DNA of 64,000 bases from an uncultured Omnitrophica bacterium. GTDB lineage: Bacteria > Omnitrophota > Gorgyraeia > JACQQV01. The DNA is taken from the NCBI GenBank assembly GCA_947085655.1, contig CAMTXH010000011.1:1515-65514 (forward strand), read 5' to 3'. Position numbers and translations under genes: made by a program. The notes under the pieces are model-generated. The model did no database searches, was not told the DNA's origin, and saw only the letters and a program-made list of their open reading frames with translations. Of this stretch, positions 8,445 through 18,041 are shown piece after piece (position 1 is the stretch's first letter; each line of letters begins with the position of its first letter).

Positions 8445-10268
8445 GTGGAGGGGCTCTCTCTTTTTGCCTATTCGGGGTTTCTCATTTTCTGGGTCGGGTT
8501 TTCCGCCGGACTCGGCAACTTTTTTCTTTCTTTGCTCCGTCTCAAAATCCGCGATCCCATTTTTCGGTTTCCGCTTGTCTGCGGGTTGGGAGCATGGGTC
8601 TTTTCCCAACTCCTCTTTTTGCTCGGAATCACCGGCCGGCTTTCAAGGCCGGTCCTTTTGGGGCTTCTGGTTCTGCTCGGGATTCCCTTTCTTTTTTCGC
8701 TCGGTGAATTGAGGGCCTTGCGGAAAGAAAGATGGCGTCCCCGAACGCCCTATTTTTTCCTCACCGCCGCTTTTTCGGCTTACCTCCTTTTTTACCTCGC
8801 GAGTTGCCTTCTGGGACTTTTTGTTCCGGACATGACGTATGACAGTCTCACCTACCACTTGTACCTACCGAAACTCTATCTCGAATCCGGAAAGATCCAG
8901 TTTATCCCCTGGATCATGATGTCCGCCTTTCCGCAAAATGTGGAGCTTTTGAACCTTTTGGGTCTTGCCCTGGGCGGGGACGGTTTTGCGCGGGTTCCGA
9001 ATCTTTTCTATACGATTCTTTGTCTTATGCTTTTTATGTCCTTTGAAAAGGAACTTGCCGCGCCGAAAGGGACCGGCCTTTTGTCAGGGGTCTCTTTCCT
9101 CGCTTTTCCCTGGGTCTTCTACGGAACGACGCGGGCGCTGGTGGATATCGCCTCCGCTTTTTACGGGGGGATGACGCTTCTTTGTCTTTGGAAGGCCCGC
9201 GAGGAGAAAGGGAAGACCTATTTGATTCTTGCAGGGTTCTTAAGCGCCGCCGGCTTGGGAACAAAGTATCTTTACGGGATACACTTCGGGACCCTCCTTC
9301 TTTTTTGGATTTTCCTTTGGTCTGCTTCTCCAAAGGCGAAACGTCCGCCCCTTGCGCAAAGCATTCTGGTCTTTGCCTGCCCGGCCCTTTTCTTCGGTTC
9401 TTTCTGGTACCTCCGGAACCTTTCGGAACTGGGGAATCCTTTTTATCCTTTTGCCTATCGCTGGTTTCAGGGCCCGTTCTGGAGCCGGGAACTGGAGGAG
9501 GGGCTTCTTTTGGTTCGCCGTCAGTTTGGTCCCCCGAAGACACTCCTTCATTTTCTCATTCTCCCGTACCACTTTGTAAAAGAGGGGTCTGGGCTCTTTG
9601 CGTTTGTCCCGTTTTTCATTTTTTTGAGAAAAAGGAGTTTTGAAACAGCGAGGTGGCTTACGGTTCTTTTTCTTCTGGAACTCGCGGTCTGGTTTTTTAT
9701 GCTCACCTACCAGATGCGTTACGGCATGTTCTGGCATCTTTTGTTTGCGCTTTTGATCGGGATGCTGCTTGCAGAGGGGATAGCGAACCATTCCGCTTTT
9801 TTCCGGAAGGGGATTCTTTTTCTTTTGGCATTGGTCTTACTCGTGTCCCTCCGCCCGGTTGCAACAGTTACGGTCCGGGGAAGCCGGATTCTTTTGGGGA
9901 AGGCGACGCGGGAATTTTACCGGGATCAGTTTATGGAATCCTATGCCATCTTCCGGTATATCAACACCTCGCTCCCGTCCGATGCAAAAATCGCCTCCTT
10001 CGGCGACCCGAGGGGATTTTACTGTGAGCGCCCCTTTTTTTCGATCCATCCGGATGTTTCCGGTTACCTCAATCTTCATTCCGTGCAGGACCCGGATAGC
10101 TATCGGAAGCGGTTAAGGGCTCTCGGTGCGACCCACCTCATGGACAATCCACGCCGTCACGAGATCTTCCGGAACCGTTATCCGCACTGGATCGCGCTTC
10201 AAAAAGAGTTGACGAAACGACTGAAGCCGGTTCGGCGGGAGAAGAACGTTATTCTGTATGCGTTGTAA
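8445..10268 (+). CDS. GT-C fold membrane glycosyltransferase (ArnT/PMT-like, DUF1420-like)
   Basis: Many TM helices. YDSLTYHLYLPK loop, GTKY, WYLRN...GNPFYP, and C-terminal YINTSLPSDAKI. Confidence 0.8.
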   Translation: MEGLSLFAYSGFLIFWVGFSAGLGNFFLSLLRLKIRDPIFRFPLVCGLGAWVFSQLLFLLGITGRLSRPVLLGLLVLLGIPFLFSLGELRALRKERWRPRTPYFFLTAAFSAYLLFYLASCLLGLFVPDMTYDSLTYHLYLPKLYLESGKIQFIPWIMMSAFPQNVELLNLLGLALGGDGFARVPNLFYTILCLMLFMSFEKELAAPKGTGLLSGVSFLAFPWVFYGTTRALVDIASAFYGGMTLLCLWKAREEKGKTYLILAGFLSAAGLGTKYLYGIHFGTLLLFWIFLWSASPKAKRPPLAQSILVFACPALFFGSFWYLRNLSELGNPFYPFAYRWFQGPFWSRELEEGLLLVRRQFGPPKTLLHFLILPYHFVKEGSGLFAFVPFFIFLRKRSFETARWLTVLFLLELAVWFFMLTYQMRYGMFWHLLFALLIGMLLAEGIANHSAFFRKGILFLLALVLLVSLRPVATVTVRGSRILLGKATREFYRDQFMESYAIFRYINTSLPSDAKIASFGDPRGFYCERPFFSIHPDVSGYLNLHSVQDPDSYRKRLRALGATHLMDNPRRHEIFRNRYPHWIALQKELTKRLKPVRREKNVILYAL

Positions 10269-10290
10269 AAAGCATAACTTATTTCGTTGT

Positions 10291-10319
10291 TTGACTTTAT
10301 CATAAAATTGTGCTATAAT
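10291..10319 (+). promoter_or_regulatory. Sigma70 promoter of the polysaccharide locus
   Basis: TTGACT-17 nt-TATAAT with an extended -10 TG. Confidence 0.8.
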
Positions 10320-10332
10320 TAAAAAACTGTCA

Positions 10333-11583
10333 ATGAAGAGAGGTTTCTTTCCTTTATATCTCACGAACAAAACGCCTCTTTTGACCGGAGGTGTTTGCCT
10401 TTTCCTCCTTTTCGGGGTCCCTCGTCCCGCTGAGGCCTTGGTTGATCTGGAAGCGCCTGTTTACCGGAACCAGGGTTATTACGCCCAACAGAGGAAACAG
10501 TGGGATGCCGCCATCAAGAATTACCAAAAAGCGGTTGCGATAGATCCTTTTTACGCCACCCCCCACAATGACCTTGGCATTATTTACGAAAAACTGGGAG
10601 AACTTGAAAAGGCGGAACGGCACTATCTGCAAGCGATCTCCCTCGATCCCTGGTTTCTGGACCCGTATGCAAACCTTGCCCTCTTTTATGAAAGAACCGG
10701 TAAGCGCGATCAGGCGATTCAGTATTGGAAAAAGCGGATTGACTACGGCCATCCGAACGATCCCTGGACCCGGAAGGCGGTGGAGCGCCTGAGTCTTCTG
10801 GCAAAGGAGGAGATCATCGTGACCTATCCGCCCCACCCGGCCCAAAAGCCCCCCTCTGAACCGATGGACCATCCGCTGGTGACGGAGGGACGCGAGTGGA
10901 AGTCCTGGGGAGAACATCCGATGGGCGGCACGGAGACCGGGGGGGAATATGAAGAGTACGGGGCGATTCCGACAGAGCTCTATTACACGATCGGGCCGGG
11001 AGATTCCCTCAAGATTTCGGTCTGGCAGCATGATGATCTGAAAGAGACACTCGTAGTCCGGCCGGACGGCCGGATCTCCTTTCCGCTGGTGGACGATCTT
11101 TATGTGAGCGGGCTCACCCCCAAGCAGGTGGATGATGAACTCACCCAGCAACTTTCCAAAACGGTTCGGGATCCGGTCGTGACCGTGAACGTTACGGCAT
11201 TCGGCAGCAAGGCGGTCTATGTCCTGGGCGAGGTCCGCCGGCCGGGCCGGTATTCACTCGATCAGCCGCGGACCGCGATGGAGATGATCTCCGAGGCGGG
11301 TCAATGGATGGACAGCGGTGTCCTCACGAGTGTGATGGTGGTCCGGCGCGGCTGGACAGAGCATCCGGAGGTCTATCGGGTGAATCTGGTAAAGGTGGTG
11401 CAGGGCGGAGATCCTTCCTCCGATATGGTCCTCCAGGACGGCGACGTGATTTTTATTCCGAGAAATTTTGTGACGAAACTGGATAACTTTCTCACTTTCT
11501 TCAGCAAACATCTCTTCGGTTCGGTCGGAGGCGTCATCGGCGGCCGTCCGGTGAGGATTGTAGAACCGGTTGAGATCCGCTAA
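10333..11583 (+). CDS. TPR domain fused to a polysaccharide export (OPX/Wza-like) protein
   Basis: N-terminal TPRs (HNDLGIIYEKLG, YANLALFYE), Poly_export motif YTIGPGDSL...VRPDGRISFP, and SLBB motif VYVLGEVRRPGRY...LQDGDVIFIP. Confidence 0.88.
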   Translation: MKRGFFPLYLTNKTPLLTGGVCLFLLFGVPRPAEALVDLEAPVYRNQGYYAQQRKQWDAAIKNYQKAVAIDPFYATPHNDLGIIYEKLGELEKAERHYLQAISLDPWFLDPYANLALFYERTGKRDQAIQYWKKRIDYGHPNDPWTRKAVERLSLLAKEEIIVTYPPHPAQKPPSEPMDHPLVTEGREWKSWGEHPMGGTETGGEYEEYGAIPTELYYTIGPGDSLKISVWQHDDLKETLVVRPDGRISFPLVDDLYVSGLTPKQVDDELTQQLSKTVRDPVVTVNVTAFGSKAVYVLGEVRRPGRYSLDQPRTAMEMISEAGQWMDSGVLTSVMVVRRGWTEHPEVYRVNLVKVVQGGDPSSDMVLQDGDVIFIPRNFVTKLDNFLTFFSKHLFGSVGGVIGGRPVRIVEPVEIR

Positions 11584-11587
11584 ATAG

Positions 11588-13057
11588 ATGGAAGCCAAAA
11601 CCAGTTTCAGGGATTTCCTCCAGATTCTTTTTTACCGGAAGAATATCATTCTCACCCTCTTTGTCACCGTGGCGTTGAGCGCGTTCGTGGCCACGATGCT
11701 GACCACCCCCATTTATGAGGCCTCTTCGGTTCTGGTGATTGAGAAGGAACCGCCCGCGCCCGGCACCATCCAGGATGCCCAACAGATTACGGTGCCGGCG
11801 ATTCTCTCCGTCGCCCAGGAAGCGGCGGCGATGGCCAAATCACAGAGCGAAGTCGTCAAAAGCCGCGTCGTCCTCCGGAAGGCATTGGAAGGGCTCAAAA
11901 TGGCCGAGGGACCGGAGCGCGTGGTGGAGGAGCGGGTGGCTGAACTCCAAAAAAGCATCTGGGTTTCTCCCGTGGAGGAGACGATGGACCTCATCCGGAT
12001 CAGCGTCCAGCATCCGAATCCTCAGAGTGCGGCGGATATGGCGAACGCCGTTGCCGAGGCGTATGTGGAATGGTATGTGGAACGAAAAAAAGGGAGGGCG
12101 AGCGGGACATTGGTTTATCTGGATAAACAACTGGCCGAAATCGGCAGAGAACTGGACACCGCCGAATCGCAGCTTTTGGCCCTGAAGGAGGAAGGAGGGC
12201 TTGTCTCGGTGGAGGACCAGATTCGGACCGCCCTTGCGCGCCTTTCGGAATTCGAGGCCGAGTACCAGAAGATCCTGACTCAGGAAGAAGAAATTCAAAC
12301 CCGCCTCAACAAAACCCGCGCTCAGCTCAGTAATCCGGACGATGCGGTTTTGGCGACCGCCCAGAGCACTTCCCCCTATGTGGACACCCTCCGTAAGAAG
12401 GTCCTCGATTTGGAACTTCGTCTGGCCAACCTCCGGGGAACTTACACCGAGGAGAGTCTTCCGGTCGTCAAGCTCCGGGAGGAGATTGAGGGGGCGCGGG
12501 AGCGGCTCAATCAGGAACTTTTGAAGGAATCGGTCCCCGAGTTTTCCGGCACGAACCCCATTTACCGGAGTCTTGTCCAGAATATCGTAACGCTGGAAGT
12601 GGACCAGGAAGCGCTCCGGGTCCGGAAAGAACGTGTGGAGCAGACCCTTGCCGAATACCGGGCAGAGGTGGCGGACCTGGCCGAAAAGGAAAAGGAACAT
12701 CACCGCCTGATCCGGGAAATCGAAGGGAAGGAAAAGATGTACACGCTTCTCCGGAACCGGCGGGAAGAGGCGGCCGCGGCCCAGTCGCTCAAGGAAGAGG
12801 GAATTGCCACGGTGAAAATCCTCGATCTGGCCGTTGCACCGCAGCAGCCGATCCGTCCGAACAAGCCCTTGAATATTGCCCTCGGTTGCATGGTCGGTTT
12901 GATTACCGGAATTGGTTCCGCCTCCCTCTTTGAGTATTTCGACCATTCCTTCAGGAATGTGGACGATCTGGAACGCTTCCTCGACCTTCCGGTTCTCGGT
13001 TCGATCCCGCGGGGAAGCGCCGTCCGGAAGGCAACCAAGAAAAAGAGGCGGTCATGA
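11588..13057 (+). CDS. Polysaccharide co-polymerase / chain-length determinant (GumC/Wzc N-terminal part)
   Basis: Two TM helices flank a long coiled coil. PIYEASS, ILDLAVAP..PIRP and FDHSFRNVDDLERFLDLPVLGSIP. Confidence 0.9.
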   Translation: MEAKTSFRDFLQILFYRKNIILTLFVTVALSAFVATMLTTPIYEASSVLVIEKEPPAPGTIQDAQQITVPAILSVAQEAAAMAKSQSEVVKSRVVLRKALEGLKMAEGPERVVEERVAELQKSIWVSPVEETMDLIRISVQHPNPQSAADMANAVAEAYVEWYVERKKGRASGTLVYLDKQLAEIGRELDTAESQLLALKEEGGLVSVEDQIRTALARLSEFEAEYQKILTQEEEIQTRLNKTRAQLSNPDDAVLATAQSTSPYVDTLRKKVLDLELRLANLRGTYTEESLPVVKLREEIEGARERLNQELLKESVPEFSGTNPIYRSLVQNIVTLEVDQEALRVRKERVEQTLAEYRAEVADLAEKEKEHHRLIREIEGKEKMYTLLRNRREEAAAAQSLKEEGIATVKILDLAVAPQQPIRPNKPLNIALGCMVGLITGIGSASLFEYFDHSFRNVDDLERFLDLPVLGSIPRGSAVRKATKKKRRS

Positions 13058-13072
13058 AAGAAGGAGTGTCGG

Positions 13073-13816
13073 ATGGGTCGAATTGAAGATGCATTCCGGA
13101 AAGCCGAAGCCCAGAGGGGGAAAGTGTCCTCCGCCGAGGAGACCTTTTCCGGGTACGGCCCCCCTATCATCGACTTTACGGACCCTGAATCGCCGCTCGT
13201 GGAGTCGTACCGGACCCTCCGAACCAACATCCAGCGCGCCATTCGTGACAAGTCCGTCAAAAGCATCCTCATCACGAGTGCCGCCCAGGGAGAGGGGCGG
13301 ACACAGACCGTTTCGAATCTCGCGGTTCTGTTTTCGGCCATTGAAGGGAACAAGACCCTCCTCGTGGATGCGGATCTCCGGCATCCCGAACTCCACGAAA
13401 TTTTCCAGCTGTCCGACGGGCCGGGACTTTCGGAACTTTTGCACGGCACCACCAGCGTTGAGGCGGTCATCCGTCTGACTCGGATCGGGAATTTAAAGGT
13501 GGTCCCGGCGGGCCGGATGATGCAGGGTTCCGCGGAACTTCTGAATTCGCCCCGCCTGGCCCATTTGATGGAGGTGGTGAAAGCGGATTATGACATTATC
13601 CTTTTCGATACCCCTCCCGTCATCCCCTTCACCGACTCGGTGGTTTTGGCGTCACAGGTGGATGGGATCATCCTGATTGTCCGGGCCCGGGACACCCGGA
13701 GAGAGGTGATCCGCCGGGCCAAAGATTTACTGGATCAATCACCGGAGAAATTTCTGGGAGTCGTCTTCAACAACGTGGAATATGTCATTCCCCGGACGAT
13801 TTATGAAAAATTGTAG
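13073..13816 (+). CDS. CpsD/CapB-family BY-kinase domain with a variant Walker A (GEGRT)
   Basis: ESYRTLRTNI, ITSAAQGEGRT, Walker A' LLVDADLR and Walker B LFDTPP. Confidence 0.9.
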   Translation: MGRIEDAFRKAEAQRGKVSSAEETFSGYGPPIIDFTDPESPLVESYRTLRTNIQRAIRDKSVKSILITSAAQGEGRTQTVSNLAVLFSAIEGNKTLLVDADLRHPELHEIFQLSDGPGLSELLHGTTSVEAVIRLTRIGNLKVVPAGRMMQGSAELLNSPRLAHLMEVVKADYDIILFDTPPVIPFTDSVVLASQVDGIILIVRARDTRREVIRRAKDLLDQSPEKFLGVVFNNVEYVIPRTIYEKL

Positions 13817-13862
13817 TCGCCGGGAACCGTTCTTGCTTGTTTAAGCGGCACCTGAACGACGA

Positions 13863-13900
13863 GGGGAGGAGGTCGGAAGCGATCAGACTCCCCTTTTTTT
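13863..13900 (+). terminator. Possible intrinsic terminator inside the polysaccharide locus
   Basis: GGGGAG...CTCCCC stem followed by T7, in the gap between the kinase and flippase genes. The inner region is long and imperfect. Confidence 0.45.
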
Positions 13901-13922
13901 CAGCCGTTAAAACCCAAGGCGT

Positions 13923-15365
13923 TTGACCGTGACATCGACACACTCCGTTTCCTGGTGGCGGGTTACCCGAAACATCCTTTCCCTCGGCCTTCGGGAACTC
14001 TCCAACAAAGGAACCTACCTGCTGTTGGGCATCCTCATCGCGCGGGTCATGGGACGGGAGGCCTTTGGGGCCTATACGTTGAGTCTCCTCCTTTCAAGGG
14101 GGTTTTTCACGATCGGAGATCTCGGATTCGGGACCTGGCTCGTGCGGGAGGTCTCGCAAGCCCCCCGGTCCGCCGGACGATTTTTCGGGACGATCGGCCT
14201 TTACCGGCTCCTTTCCGGAGTTGCGATCCTGGGCTTGATCGGGGGATTTCTCGTCTTTTCCCGGTACGACCCCTCCCTGAAGCACTTTATTCTTTTATGT
14301 GCTGTCGCCTTTTTCTTCATCCATCTGATGAGTTTCATCTTCAGTTTTTTCAGGGCGTTTGAACGGATGGAGAGTGAGTTTTATGTGAGTGTGGTGAAAA
14401 ACATCCTTTTCATCGGGGGAGGTCTCTGGGCGATCTTTCAGCGATCCTTGGATCTTCTTTTCTGGGTCTTCATCGCCGCAAGTTTTGCGGCACTTTTGTT
14501 TTCGCTTTGGATTTACGGAAGACGGATCGGTTGGAACGGCATCCGGTGGGAACCGATGCCCCTCAAGGGGGTTTTCTCGATCTGGTTGATCCAGAGCGCG
14601 GTGATGGTCTACCTTTATCTGGGGGCTATTCTCCTTTCCTTTTTCCGGGGCCTGGATGAAGTCGGTCTGTATCAGGCCGCCTACAGTTTTATCGAAATGA
14701 TTCTGATTCTCTCCACCCTCCTGACGGTTGCACTCTTTCCGGTTTTTTCGAGACTCGCGAAGCGTTCTTTCAAGGAACTCCTCGCCTTTTACGAGGAGGC
14801 GTTCCGGGGGGTCCTCTTCTTCTTCGTCCCGTTCGGGATCCTTGCCCTCTTGGGCGGCCGCACGCTTCTTTTGACATTCTACGGAGACGCCTTCCGTGCG
14901 GCTTTGCCGGCCCTGACACTCCTTTTGGCCGGATTTGTTTTCTTTCTGGTAGGCGGTCTGAACGGCCATCTTTTAATTGCGGCGGGAAAAGAACGCTGGG
15001 TCCTTGCCGCTGTGACTGTTTGCACGGCGCTGAATCTTTCTCTGAATCTTTTGTGGATTCCCCGCCACGGTTTTTTGGGGGCAAGCGGCGCCATGGTGCT
15101 TTCGGAGACAGTGATGTTTTCCTTGATGGTCGGCTGGATTGCCCGGACTTTCGGAAGCGTTTCTTTCCTGAAAGGAAGGTTCTTTTGGGGGTTGGTCCTG
15201 GTGTGGGGGTCTCTCCTTTTCGGGCTTTCCCGGCTTCCTTTTCTCCTTTGGGTGTGCATCGGTCTCGGGAGTTATCTGCTCCTTTCGGTCTTTTTTCGCC
15301 AAAAACTCGTCAAAGAGATGCGGGCGGCAAAAGTACTCTGGGGAGAGTTTAAAAGGTCATCATGA
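13923..15365 (+). CDS. wzx: Wzx-type flippase (MOP superfamily)
   Basis: IARVMGREAFGAY, DLGF, VGLYQAA, LFPVFS and LNLLWIPRHGFLGA motifs with about 14 TM helices. Confidence 0.88.
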   Translation: MTVTSTHSVSWWRVTRNILSLGLRELSNKGTYLLLGILIARVMGREAFGAYTLSLLLSRGFFTIGDLGFGTWLVREVSQAPRSAGRFFGTIGLYRLLSGVAILGLIGGFLVFSRYDPSLKHFILLCAVAFFFIHLMSFIFSFFRAFERMESEFYVSVVKNILFIGGGLWAIFQRSLDLLFWVFIAASFAALLFSLWIYGRRIGWNGIRWEPMPLKGVFSIWLIQSAVMVYLYLGAILLSFFRGLDEVGLYQAAYSFIEMILILSTLLTVALFPVFSRLAKRSFKELLAFYEEAFRGVLFFFVPFGILALLGGRTLLLTFYGDAFRAALPALTLLLAGFVFFLVGGLNGHLLIAAGKERWVLAAVTVCTALNLSLNLLWIPRHGFLGASGAMVLSETVMFSLMVGWIARTFGSVSFLKGRFFWGLVLVWGSLLFGLSRLPFLLWVCIGLGSYLLLSVFFRQKLVKEMRAAKVLWGEFKRSS

Positions 15366-16219
15366 TTTGTCCACTCTGTCGCAGGGAGAGCGGGAGACCC
15401 CGGTATCGTTTGCCCGGCAAGCAGATCTTCTGGTGCAGGACCTGCCGGTCGTTTTTCGTGGACCCTTTTCCGGCATCGATCCGGCTCCATGACCTTTATG
15501 AGGAAGGGGCGGAGGCGTTTCAGGAGAAGTATTTTGAGAGCTTTCAGGATCTCCGTTCCAGAAGTTTTGCCCGCGGATTGAAGACACTGGCGGCATTGCA
15601 TCGCAGAGGGCGCCTTTTGGATGTGGGGACCGGGCTCGGGTTTTTTCTTGAGGCGGCCCGCAAGGCCGGCTGGGAGGTGGAGGGACTTGAGCTTTCCGAG
15701 AAGGTGGCGCAGTATGCCCGGAAACATTTGCAGGTTCCGGTGCACGTCGGTATCCTCGCGGAAGTTCCGTTGAAGGAGAGAACGTATCAGGCGGTGACGA
15801 TGTGGGATGTACTGGAACATCTTCCGGATCCGGCGGGGGCTTTGCGCCGGATTCGGACCCTTTTAGCGCCGAAGGGGGTTGTACTGATCCGCACCCCGGT
15901 CTGTGACAGTCTCATCCCCTGGATGATCCGTCTTTTTTACCGGTTCAGTTTCGGAAAATTCCGGTTCGGGTTTGAAAAACTTTTTAAAGAGCACCTGTTT
16001 CATTTCAGCGAAGAAGGCCTGCGTACCCTTGTTCGGGCCGCCGGATTCCGGATTCTCCTTGCCTATCGTGAGGATTATATTAATTCGCATGCCCTGAGAG
16101 AAAAATCATGGGCCCGGAATCCGGTCATTCGGCTTGGGGCGCATCTTGCGATTGGCCTTGGGCATCTCATTCGAAGACAAGATGAGGTGGTTCTGTATGC
16201 CGAAGTCGAAACACCCTGA
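15362..16219 (+). CDS. Class I SAM-dependent methyltransferase with an N-terminal Zn-ribbon
   Basis: CPLC...CRTC, LLDVGTGLG and WDVLEHLPDP. Confidence 0.88.
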   Translation: MICPLCRRESGRPRYRLPGKQIFWCRTCRSFFVDPFPASIRLHDLYEEGAEAFQEKYFESFQDLRSRSFARGLKTLAALHRRGRLLDVGTGLGFFLEAARKAGWEVEGLELSEKVAQYARKHLQVPVHVGILAEVPLKERTYQAVTMWDVLEHLPDPAGALRRIRTLLAPKGVVLIRTPVCDSLIPWMIRLFYRFSFGKFRFGFEKLFKEHLFHFSEEGLRTLVRAAGFRILLAYREDYINSHALREKSWARNPVIRLGAHLAIGLGHLIRRQDEVVLYAEVETP

Positions 16220-18041
16220 CAAAAGACAAAAGCCCCCTTTTTTAGGAGTGATCACTCTTTGTGCTTGTGTCGCTCTGATTGAGGCATGGTTTCAGGCGGC
16301 GGCCTCGGAGGCCTTCCGGCAGTACCTTCGGGACCTTTCTCTTCCGCGTGTCTACGGGAATATTGTCGGCGCCGTCCTCCTCTATGCGTTGGTAGGCCAG
16401 GCCGGCTGGACCCTTCTCTGGGGCGGCTTCCGGATCGCAAAGAAGGAACCTTTCTTTAACCGACAGGCCCTTTCCATTTTTTTTGCGGCGATCCTCACCC
16501 TTTACGGGTTCTGGGCCCTCCGGACCTTTCTTTTTCAGAGAGAACTACTCAGTCGATGGGGGCTGGCCGGGGGAACCGTCGGGGTTGCAATACTGGCGTT
16601 TGGGGTCGGTCGTCTTTTTCAGAAATACCTTTCACCGGAAGTGGGACAAAGGGGGATTGTTGTCTTTGCGGTGGCCACCTTGGCTCTTCCTCTTTTTTTA
16701 AGACCTTCCTGGAGGGAGGAGATCCCGGCTCAGAAGCAGCCGAATCTGATTTTGCTGACGGTGGATACCCTTCGTCCGGACGATTTAGGATTTTACGGAT
16801 CCCGGACAGCCGACACCCCCCATCTGGATGCCCTTGCCGGAAAGGGGACCCGTTTTCAGCAGGCCTATGCCCAGATTCCGCTGACCGGCCCTTCCTTCGC
16901 CTCGATTCTGACCGGTCTCCACCCCCGGAGTCACGGCGCCCGGCAGAATCTGATGCCGCTGGACCCCTCCCTCCCGACCCTTGCCGAGATCCTTCAGGAT
17001 GCCGGATACCGGACCGCCGCTTTTGTCAGCGGCTATCCGTTGAAACGGGAATTCTGCGGTCTTCATCGCGGGTTTGACCTGTATCAGGACCGCTTCTCGT
17101 TTTTCGACGGCTACAAACTCTTCCGATTCCTGGAGCGGCTCGGGTGGGTTGACCTTCAGTATGAACGGCGCGCAGAAGAGGTGAGTCGTCTTGTAATTCC
17201 ATGGCTCGGTAGACATCCGAAAAATCCCTTTTTCCTCTGGGTTCATTATTACGACCCCCATGTGCCGTACCGTCCTCCGAACCCCGCCGGCCCCGACGGG
17301 CCGTTCCTTTCAAAACTCCGGAACCAGCGGCCTCTCTGGGGAAAGGGGAAAGAAGCGCTTTCCGTTCGTCTCATCGAGGGGATGAAACGTCTCTATGGCG
17401 GAGAGATCGCTTATGTGGACCGAGATATCGGACAACTCCTTTCTTTCTTGGATGCGAGCGGCTTGCGTGAGCAAAGTCTCATTGTTTTTTTGTCGGATCA
17501 CGGAGAGAGTTTCGATCACGATTACTATTTTGACCACGGAGACCGCCTTTACGAGTCCTGTATCCGGATTCCGGTTCTCTTTGTTTATCCGGGGGTCATT
17601 GGCGAGAATGCGGTCTCTGAGGAGGTCATCCGGAGCATTGATCTGTTTCCGACACTTTTGACGCTTCTCAAACTTCCGAAGGAGCCCTCCGAAGGGGAAA
17701 GTCTCTTCAAGGAAGACGGCACCCTGATCACGGGACGCACCCGCCCGGTCTTTGCGGAGCTGTCCAGAAGGCCCGGATACCCCACTTTGGGAGACCTTTG
17801 GGCGCTGCGGGAGGGGAGTTGGAAATTGATTTATTCCCCCGAAGGCCGTCCGCCGGAGTTGTATCATCTGGGGAAGGATTCGGAAGAACTCAAAAATTTG
17901 TCAGGGCAGAACCGCAAACAGACACGCACCATGCAATCTTCTCTCATTCGGTGGATGGGAAAGGGCTCACAAGAAGGACGCTCCCGGCCGGTTGAGGGCC
18001 TGATGCGCGAGAAACTCCGAAGCATCGGATATCTTCAATGA
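16197..18041 (+). CDS. Membrane-anchored sulfatase-fold (alkaline phosphatase superfamily) enzyme with Thr at the nucleophile position
   Basis: About 5 N-terminal TM helices, then PNLILLTVDTLR, PLTGPSFASILTG, HYYDPH and SDHGE. Confidence 0.85.
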   Translation: MPKSKHPDKRQKPPFLGVITLCACVALIEAWFQAAASEAFRQYLRDLSLPRVYGNIVGAVLLYALVGQAGWTLLWGGFRIAKKEPFFNRQALSIFFAAILTLYGFWALRTFLFQRELLSRWGLAGGTVGVAILAFGVGRLFQKYLSPEVGQRGIVVFAVATLALPLFLRPSWREEIPAQKQPNLILLTVDTLRPDDLGFYGSRTADTPHLDALAGKGTRFQQAYAQIPLTGPSFASILTGLHPRSHGARQNLMPLDPSLPTLAEILQDAGYRTAAFVSGYPLKREFCGLHRGFDLYQDRFSFFDGYKLFRFLERLGWVDLQYERRAEEVSRLVIPWLGRHPKNPFFLWVHYYDPHVPYRPPNPAGPDGPFLSKLRNQRPLWGKGKEALSVRLIEGMKRLYGGEIAYVDRDIGQLLSFLDASGLREQSLIVFLSDHGESFDHDYYFDHGDRLYESCIRIPVLFVYPGVIGENAVSEEVIRSIDLFPTLLTLLKLPKEPSEGESLFKEDGTLITGRTRPVFAELSRRPGYPTLGDLWALREGSWKLIYSPEGRPPELYHLGKDSEELKNLSGQNRKQTRTMQSSLIRWMGKGSQEGRSRPVEGLMREKLRSIGYLQ

